DNA of 50,403 nucleotides from a virus (Duplodnaviria; Caudoviricetes): IMG/VR virus record IMGVR_UViG_3300021978_000181, positions 1 to 50,403 of that record; one strand, 5' to 3'. Shown piece by piece: positions 44,229 to 50,403 of this stretch (position 1 is its first letter; each line of letters starts with the position of its first letter). The notes under the pieces were generated by a model. It saw only the letters and a program-made list of their open reading frames with translations, ran no database searches and was not told where the DNA came from. The position numbers and the translations under genes were made by a program.

Positions 44229-44759
44229 ATGGCTACGGAGATCGCCTCGGGGCGAATGACGATCGTCGACAACACCGTGGACCCGGCCGAGGTCAGGTTC
44301 GATAGTGACGAGGGGTTGTTCACCTGCACCGATCTTGTCTCTGGGGAGATTACGCGCCCGGCGTATACGGCTTTCACCGACAGCGGCGGCAACCACACCA
44401 TCAACATCGACGCCAACCACGCGCTGGCGTCGGTGAATTCCAACGCCGATATCGTTCTTGGTGGGATGGCTGTGACAACCTTCGGCGGAAGCCAAGGCAT
44501 CACAGGGCTTGGCCACTTCAATGCTGGTGGCACCTACGTCCATTTCCAGGACGGCGGGCGGAGCTTCTCGACGGGCGCGCAGGTCAATGAGGATGTGACG
44601 AACATCGCCGCGTACACGTTCTTTGCTAGCGGCGGCACGCTCTACCTGAATGAGCGAGTCTACTTGTCGACGAACGCGATTGCGGCGGATGTCACGGTAT
44701 CGCTGACGCTCCTGTCGGTGCGCTTCAACTACAAGCTTTTTGTTGGCCTTCTGGTCTAG
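44229..44759 (+). CDS. Tail-associated protein
   Basis: Beta-rich ORF upstream of the fibre gene. Confidence 0.6.
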   Translation: MATEIASGRMTIVDNTVDPAEVRFDSDEGLFTCTDLVSGEITRPAYTAFTDSGGNHTINIDANHALASVNSNADIVLGGMAVTTFGGSQGITGLGHFNAGGTYVHFQDGGRSFSTGAQVNEDVTNIAAYTFFASGGTLYLNERVYLSTNAIAADVTVSLTLLSVRFNYKLFVGLLV

Positions 44760-44771
44760 ATCGGGGGACAC

Positions 44772-46358
44772 ATGGCAGTCTGGTATCGAGAGGGCACGGC
44801 CTCGGTCGATAACGCGTCGACGTCAGTCACGGGCAGCGCGACGGGGTGGAACAACCAGGCCAAAGAGGGCGACGGAATAACCTTCGACGGTGGCGCGACG
44901 TGGTATGAGATCGCCTCGGTCGAGGGAAACACCGCTCTCACGCTGGCCACAGCGTTCGCCGAAAGCACCGTCACCGACGGGGCGTATGCTATCGACCGGC
45001 GCAGCCCAAAGTGGGCCCTTGCGTCTGATCTGGCGACACGCGTTGCTGCGCTCCTGGCGAGCATCACGACGCTGATTTTGACATCCGGCGCGCCCGATGA
45101 CGGCATCGGCAATGACGGCGCCATCGCTTTCGACGCTGGCGCGCAGGTGTTCTATTTCAAGGCAGAGGGCGCATGGGGCGAGGCCGTGACGCTTCAGGGG
45201 CCGCAGGGAGACCCAGGCGAAACGGGGGACCCAGGCGCCGACGGTGACACCGGGTGGTCGCCGGTCTTGGCCATCGCGAACGACAGCGAGCGCCGTGTTT
45301 TGCAGGTCTCGGATTGGGTCGGTGGCGAGGGCACCAAGCCGGCAACGGGGGACTATATCGGTGCGTCTGGCCTGACATCAACCATCGGAGATGCGGTTGA
45401 CGTTCGTGGGCCGGCCGGCGCCGACGGCGCAGGGGTAACGGGCGGTGTTCTTGAATTAACGGAGCTGTCCAGCGACCCCGCAACACCAAGCGCCGGTTAT
45501 GTAAAAATCTTCGCAAAGAACGACGATAAGCGATACACGATCAACGCCGCTGGCACGGTTGAAGAAATAGGCGCCGGGGGCGGCAGTGGCGGGCGTGAAG
45601 TCCTGACCGGAAACCGCACTTACTACGTTCGGTCGGACGGATCAGACAGTAATGACGGGCTAGCAGACACCCCAGGCGGCGCATTCGCGACGCGGCAGCA
45701 TGCGTGGGACGTGATCGTACAGTCGCTCGATCTAGGTGGGTACCAAGTGACCGTGCAATGCGGGCCTAGCTCTGATCCTACAGGTTCGACGCTGATGGAC
45801 CAATCGCCCATCGGCGGGCGGGTTGTGTTCACTGGGGATACGACGACACCTTCAAATTGTACAATTTCGTCAACTGCTGACTGCTTTAAGCTAACCGCAT
45901 CTGCACAAGTTAAGATTGAGGGTTTTTCACTCGCAAGCTCGGCTAATGGCGTTTATGCGGTAGGCGCGGGCGCGAGCGTAGAGATCGGCAATAATTCCTA
46001 CGGAGCATGCACGGGATTTCACCTTCGTGCCGACGATCAGGCCTATATCGCCGCTTACACAAGTTACTCTATCTCTGGTTCGGCGGGTCGTCATGCGCAT
46101 GCAACGCGGCTGGCGGTAGTCAACGCCACGGGTCCCTTTACGGTTACTCTGTCCGGCACTCCAGCGTTCTCAGCTGGGTTCGTATTCGCGACGCAGTGTG
46201 CAGTCGTCGGTTATAACTCAGTCACGTTTAGTGGCTCCGCTACCGGGGCTCGGTATAGCGCAACTCTTAACGCAGTGATCAATTCGTTTGGTGGTGGAGC
46301 AAGCTACTTCCCAGGCAATAGCGCAGGGTCTACGACAACAGGAGCGCAGTACGCTTGA
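44772..46358 (+). CDS. Tail fibre/spike with collagen-like linker and beta-helix-like C-domain
   Basis: WYREGT anchor; GPQGDPGETGDPG; TYYVRSDGSDSNDGL...AFAT; AT-richer codons after ~45450. Confidence 0.8.
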   Translation: MAVWYREGTASVDNASTSVTGSATGWNNQAKEGDGITFDGGATWYEIASVEGNTALTLATAFAESTVTDGAYAIDRRSPKWALASDLATRVAALLASITTLILTSGAPDDGIGNDGAIAFDAGAQVFYFKAEGAWGEAVTLQGPQGDPGETGDPGADGDTGWSPVLAIANDSERRVLQVSDWVGGEGTKPATGDYIGASGLTSTIGDAVDVRGPAGADGAGVTGGVLELTELSSDPATPSAGYVKIFAKNDDKRYTINAAGTVEEIGAGGGSGGREVLTGNRTYYVRSDGSDSNDGLADTPGGAFATRQHAWDVIVQSLDLGGYQVTVQCGPSSDPTGSTLMDQSPIGGRVVFTGDTTTPSNCTISSTADCFKLTASAQVKIEGFSLASSANGVYAVGAGASVEIGNNSYGACTGFHLRADDQAYIAAYTSYSISGSAGRHAHATRLAVVNATGPFTVTLSGTPAFSAGFVFATQCAVVGYNSVTFSGSATGARYSATLNAVINSFGGGASYFPGNSAGSTTTGAQYA

Positions 46359-47049
46359 GCTGCTCGGCCCACAGAGGTGCGGTTTTGTTTGGGTCTAGAT
46401 GGTGGTCAGTTGGGTCCGCGTTGCGGAAATTGTCTGCGACAAGGCCATTGGCGGAGTCGATCACGAGTGGGGCGATATCGATGAAAGGCAGGCGTCGACT
46501 GGACGCTTCTGCCGCTAGTCGACGATTGTACTCAATTGTTAGATCCATCCTGTCGGCCAGAGGCGTTGAAACCTCTCGCCGCTTATTCGCGACATCGCCA
46601 AAGTTTTCTCCGTCACGTATAGTTGGTAGGGAAGCGCCCGTGATGACAACGCTGGGGTAGCCGGCAGCAATTAGATCGTCGACGAATGCAAAATACGCCG
46701 AAATAGACCTAGCCAATTGGTCTTCGACACTCTCGCCGTGCGCCTTCGCGCGATACCAAATCACGAACCCGCAATCGACTTCTCCGAGATGGATAACTGG
46801 AGTGACGCCCGGCCTGCGAGGCAGGAGCGCTGCGCGAAATGTCTGTAACGCGTCAGTGACTGAATTAGGGTTGCGCAGACCGACAGCAGTGGCGCCGCCG
46901 ACGGCAGTTACCTGGCAAGGCCGATCGATTAGGCCGACCTGTTTCGCAAGCACGAAGGCCTCGACGTGGCTGTCTCCGACGATGTGCCACTCACCGTTTA
47001 CCGTCGAGTCCCGGAAGCGTGGCAGCATAGCTAGCGCATTTCTGATCAT
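46330..47049 (-). CDS. SGNH/GDSL-like esterase (moron)
   Basis: IVGDSH (block I), GGATAVG, LGEVDC, PTDHHL (block V-like); lower GC; start may be 47097. Confidence 0.7.
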   Translation of the reverse strand: MIRNALAMLPRFRDSTVNGEWHIVGDSHVEAFVLAKQVGLIDRPCQVTAVGGATAVGLRNPNSVTDALQTFRAALLPRRPGVTPVIHLGEVDCGFVIWYRAKAHGESVEDQLARSISAYFAFVDDLIAAGYPSVVITGASLPTIRDGENFGDVANKRREVSTPLADRMDLTIEYNRRLAAEASSRRLPFIDIAPLVIDSANGLVADNFRNADPTDHHLDPNKTAPLWAEQLKRTALLLS

Positions 47050-47237
47050 CTTCGGCCCAGTTGGTTGCGCTACGGCGTGAGCTAGGTTGTCGCGCATTAA
47101 TGACGCTTGTAGATTACTCGCTCGCCTGTACCGTTGACAACTACACCGGCCTCGAATGGGGCCACCGCCTCGCATCTGAAGCGGGGTTACTTACTTCCCT
47201 GATAGCATGGAGGAGGCTATGGCGATGGGGGTGCAGC

Positions 47238-47738
47238 ATGGTCAATAAGGACTATATGCCGGAAGATTGGTGCTGGTTTGTCGGAGAGGACGACACGCAA
47301 GCATGGTCGTCAAGTGCTGGCGGGTACGTGCCGGCTGCAAACGTTCCGGCGAATGCGGGAATTACGAGGATTGCGTCGGAAAGCGACCTGTCGGATGTGC
47401 TCCGGGTGTGCGGGCTGGTCGGTCCTGTCGTCACTGCGTTGGACGTGAAGATGGAAGCAAACCGTCGCATCTTGGCAGCGTACCCAAGTTGGAAGCAGGC
47501 GAATATGCTGGCGCGTGATGCCGAGTTGTCACGTATCCAGGCGGGTCTAATGCGCGATGTAAACGGCGATGTCATGGCCGCGAGGGCGTTGTCCGCCGAA
47601 GAAATCGAAGAAGAAAGAGCGCTCAATGCGGCTTGGGCCTGGGTTGGCGCGACGCGAGCTGCTTCGGATGCGATCGAGGCGCAGTCGCCGATCCCCCGCG
47701 ACTACACCGACGATTCCTATTGGCCGTCTACTCAATAG
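47238..47738 (+). CDS. Tail fibre assembly-like protein
   Basis: DWCWFVG...WSS; EANRRI...YPSWKQAN...IP.DYTDDSYWP. Confidence 0.7.
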   Translation: MVNKDYMPEDWCWFVGEDDTQAWSSSAGGYVPAANVPANAGITRIASESDLSDVLRVCGLVGPVVTALDVKMEANRRILAAYPSWKQANMLARDAELSRIQAGLMRDVNGDVMAARALSAEEIEEERALNAAWAWVGATRAASDAIEAQSPIPRDYTDDSYWPSTQ

Positions 47739-47831
47739 CAACGCAAGCCCTAAATTCGATACGGAGCCAACGCATGGGACACTCTCCCACGCGCGAGGAG
47801 ATCGCGCACTCAAATATCACACGGAGGGATA

Positions 47832-48518
47832 ATGAGCACTCTCAATGAACGCAGCCGCAACAACCTTGTCGGGGTGCACCCCGATCTGGTGCGCGTCGTG
47901 GAGCTTGCGGCCGAAAAATCAGCCGTGCCCTTCGTCGTCACGGAGGGCCTGCGAAATCTCGACCGGCAAAAGCAGCTCGTTCGCGCCGGGAAGTCGTGGA
48001 CGCTCAATTCGCGCCATCTCACGGGCCACGCGGTCGACATGGTGGACGCCGACGACTTCGGCTACGACATCCCCGATCTGACCAAGATCAAGGATGCGAT
48101 GTTCGAGGCGGCGGCCGAGCTCGACGTGCCGCTTGAATGGGGCGGAGACTGGCGGGTGCGCGACACTCCCCACTTTCAGCTCCCCTTCTCCAGCTACCCG
48201 GCAAGTGGCGTGTCGACGCGCACCAAGGCGGCGGAAGTGGCCAAAAAGGTCGCCACGTCAAAGCCGGCCGCCTTGGTCACCGGCGCCGTCGCCACCGAGA
48301 CAGCGCGCCAAACGGCAACAGATGCGCCGATGCCGTCGATCCCCGCGCCGCCGCCCGAATTCTCGCTCCTGAGCGCGTGGCAGACCACAACGGCCGGCAT
48401 GCGCGACTTTGCGATGTTCTCGGTCGAGCAGTGGCCGTGGCTCATCGCGGCGGGTGCGCTGTACTTCACGCTCGCCTACGTCGTTCCGTGGGCTCATCGG
48501 AGGCTTGCAGCACAATGA
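47832..48518 (+). CDS. Endolysin, M15-family peptidase with C-terminal hydrophobic anchor
   Basis: EGLR...RQ...SRHLTGHAVD...WGGDW...DTPHFQL. Confidence 0.9.
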   Translation: MSTLNERSRNNLVGVHPDLVRVVELAAEKSAVPFVVTEGLRNLDRQKQLVRAGKSWTLNSRHLTGHAVDMVDADDFGYDIPDLTKIKDAMFEAAAELDVPLEWGGDWRVRDTPHFQLPFSSYPASGVSTRTKAAEVAKKVATSKPAALVTGAVATETARQTATDAPMPSIPAPPPEFSLLSAWQTTTAGMRDFAMFSVEQWPWLIAAGALYFTLAYVVPWAHRRLAAQ

Positions 48519-48787
48519 TCGCAGCGAAAATCGCAGGGTTTCTCGCCGGCTCTTGGGGCCGGTTTTTTATTGGCGCGGGCCTCGTCAGTGCACTCGTCAT
48601 TCTTTGGCAGGTCGACCGTGCGTCTCAGAAGGAAATCGGCGCTCTTGAGGAGCGCGTCAACACGGAGAAGCAGGACAATGTTGCAATCGAGCAGGCTGAT
48701 CGCGCTGGGGCTTTGTCTCGTGACCCCAACGCTCGCGGGGTGCGAGACCCTTATGCCGGCCCAAAAGTCGGCGCCGAGGGTGACTAG
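48515..48787 (+). CDS. Inner-membrane spanin (Rz-like)
   Basis: N-terminal TM then a charged helical domain; follows the endolysin. Confidence 0.7.
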   Translation: MIAAKIAGFLAGSWGRFFIGAGLVSALVILWQVDRASQKEIGALEERVNTEKQDNVAIEQADRAGALSRDPNARGVRDPYAGPKVGAEGD

Positions 48788-48983
48788 CCGCGGCGCCGCA
48801 AAGGCGCTGCCGCCGATCCGCTACAACAACTACTGCGAGGCGCAGAGGGCCATCGCAGAGCACAACAGCCGGGCCGACACGCTCAAGGCCGGCAAGATCA
48901 AGACGTACAAGGCGCCGTGCGATTTGGAGAAGAAGAAAGAGCCGCAGGCCGAGCCGAAGCCCGCGGACTCCGTTGCCTCTTAA
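48678..48983 (+). CDS. Outer-membrane spanin lipoprotein (Rz1-like)
   Basis: Lipobox LAGC; overlaps the i-spanin in another frame; two further Cys. Confidence 0.75.
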   Translation: MLQSSRLIALGLCLVTPTLAGCETLMPAQKSAPRVTSRGAAKALPPIRYNNYCEAQRAIAEHNSRADTLKAGKIKTYKAPCDLEKKKEPQAEPKPADSVAS

Positions 48984-49020
48984 GGCGCAACTCCAAACAC
49001 ACCGAGGGACACCATGAGCC

Positions 49021-49407
49021 ATGCAACAGCGCGACAGCGGCCCCATGAATGGCCACCCGTCATGGGCGCAGCTCGTCGGGATGTTCGCCTCGATCGAGAA
49101 CCGATTGGGCGGACTGCAGGTGGGCCAGAACCTTTCGATCGATCAGCACCGCAAGACGGACCAGCGATTGGCGGAGGGGCTGTCGAGGGTGCACGAACGG
49201 ATCGACGCGCTGCAGGCGAGCGGGCGCCGCGAGCTTACGGACATTCAGGGGCGCGTGACGACGCTGGAGTCGAGGGCGCCGAGCAAACCTCAGCTGCTCG
49301 CTTGGCTCGGGCTTTCAACCCGCGAGATCCTGAGCCTGATCGCGATCATCGCCATGTCGATCACCGGTACGCTTTCGAGCGATATGGTGGTGGCCTGGCT
49401 GCGCTAG
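49021..49407 (+). CDS. Coiled-coil plus C-terminal TM protein (holin/antiholin candidate)
   Basis: Last gene of the lysis cassette; C-terminal hydrophobic segment. Confidence 0.5.
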   Translation: MQQRDSGPMNGHPSWAQLVGMFASIENRLGGLQVGQNLSIDQHRKTDQRLAEGLSRVHERIDALQASGRRELTDIQGRVTTLESRAPSKPQLLAWLGLSTREILSLIAIIAMSITGTLSSDMVVAWLR

Positions 49408-49529
49408 CGCCGTGGGCGGCGCGGGCGGTAGCGGCGGCGTTTGCCTTCGCGTTCATCCTGACGATCCTCGACAAGATCAACGTCACGCCATGACGGGGTG
49501 AGTTCCGCACCTCAGCCTGTCGAAGCGCG

Positions 49530-49571
49530 AAGCCGCCCTCACCCTTCGGGGCGGGGGCGGCTTAAATTTTT
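49530..49571. terminator. Terminator hairpin between convergent units
   Basis: AAGCCGCCCTC-ACCC-TTCG-GGGC-GGGGGCGGCTT then AAATTTTT. Confidence 0.7.
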
Positions 49572-49578
49572 GCGGCCT

Positions 49579-49797
49579 TTATTTGTCGCTGAGGTTGAAG
49601 GCGTCTTTCATGCCGTTGATGGCATACTCAATCTCTGGGTCGCCGTGCCTTTCCGCGACCTCCGAAGCGTTGTCGAGCACCATGCGCGCAACCGTGTCAA
49701 CGATGACGGCCGTGTTGATGTCGGCCGACTGGTTGTGCCTCAGGTATTCCTCTGAGGCTCGCTTCGCGGCGCGGAGAATGTCGTCTCGGGACCACAT
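49579..49797 (-). CDS. Hypothetical protein
   Basis: MWSRDD... with AGGA RBS. Confidence 0.5.
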   Translation of the reverse strand: MWSRDDILRAAKRASEEYLRHNQSADINTAVIVDTVARMVLDNASEVAERHGDPEIEYAINGMKDAFNLSDK

Positions 49798-49814
49798 GGG
49801 CGGGGTTTCCTGAG

Positions 49815-50039
49815 TTAGTCGCGTGCGCGGATGCGCGCTGCGATTTTCGTTCGGTAGCCGGCCATATCGATGTGCTCCGGCATGTCCGCCTTGAACGCCT
49901 CGACGACCTTCGCGCATGCTTCGCGCTCGGCGGCAACAATGCCGTTGATAATCTCAAGAAGCTTGTCGCCGGCCTCTCCGCTGTCGATGTTCTCGGCGCA
50001 CCAGCGCTCAAGGTCAGGCGTTTCGGCTAGGATGATCAT
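49815..50039 (-). CDS. Hypothetical phage protein
   Basis: AAEREACAK...IAARIRAR pattern common in phage early genes; GGAGG RBS. Confidence 0.6.
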   Translation of the reverse strand: MIILAETPDLERWCAENIDSGEAGDKLLEIINGIVAAEREACAKVVEAFKADMPEHIDMAGYRTKIAARIRARD

Positions 50040-50403
50040 GGTCCGGCCTCCGTTGAGCGGCGCGATGCCGCCAAGCCTTCACAGCCTGTTTTCTCATTTC
50101 CCACCAGCGATCTTCACCGAAGCGGTCTTGCCAATTGCGCGGGTGGCCGTCGCGGTATGTGGCTATGCTAGGTTTGCCGTTCGCGATGACGCGGTACACG
50201 TTCCACCGACGCTCGACCGTCATTCCAAAGTCACTGAGCGGCGTCGGATCCGGACCATAGGGTGCAGCCATGTTCGTGTAGGTCGCGAGGTAGAGCGCGT
50301 GCCAGATGCCCTTCGCGTCATCAAAGCGCGTGAGCACGGCGACTAGGCGTGCCTCCGGGCAATCCACATCGTTCATGATGACGTAGGTTCCGCGGGTCAG
50401 CAT
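50014..50403 (-). CDS. Hypothetical protein (may be truncated at the window edge)
   Basis: ORF begins at the window end. Confidence 0.45.
   Translation of the reverse strand: MLTRGTYVIMNDVDCPEARLVAVLTRFDDAKGIWHALYLATYTNMAAPYGPDPTPLSDFGMTVERRWNVYRVIANGKPSIATYRDGHPRNWQDRFGEDRWWEMRKQAVKAWRHRAAQRRPDHDHPSRNA

Larger units (their letters stand above)
1..50403. mobile_element. Temperate siphovirus-type prophage (integration, immunity, replication, packaging, head, tail and lysis modules)
   Basis: Lambdoid gene order from integrase to endolysin/spanins; tape measure and tail tube present, no tail sheath seen; att sites not visible in the window. Confidence 0.95.

Noticed and set aside
46290-47248. 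Possible diversity-generating retroelement (fibre end versus downstream similar segment; also 22212-22300)
   Set aside because: Differences are not adenine-specific, identity is low, and no reverse transcriptase is present

Overview
The whole window is one apparently complete, GC-rich temperate siphophage (prophage), most likely of an alphaproteobacterium. The host inference rests on an alpha-type LexA DNA-binding domain and GTA-like tail genes. Layout is lambdoid: tyrosine integrase and xis at the left end; a leftward early operon (HNH and GIY-YIG nucleases, DNA methyltransferase, DnaN clamp, RecT); a cI/cro switch with six related operators; replication genes (DnaB, an initiator with an internal ori, a DnaA-CTD protein); an accessory block; a long structured non-coding late leader; packaging, head, tail and fibre genes; and a lysis cassette. 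Most notable: (1) an Acb1-like 2H-phosphodiesterase fused to the DUF2213 prohead protease/scaffold; (2) a MuF head protein with a DUF3626-like C-terminal domain followed by a candidate immunity gene; (3) a ~190-nt multi-stem RNA in the late leader; (4) a cI whose S24 catalytic Ser is replaced by Ala, plus a peptidase-less LexA homologue overlapped by an oop-like antisense RNA; (5) two genes sharing a paralogous C-terminal winged-HTH; (6) relic C-termini marking past allele swaps. No att sites, tRNA, CRISPR array or reverse transcriptase were seen. All family calls come from motif recognition by eye; no database search was run.
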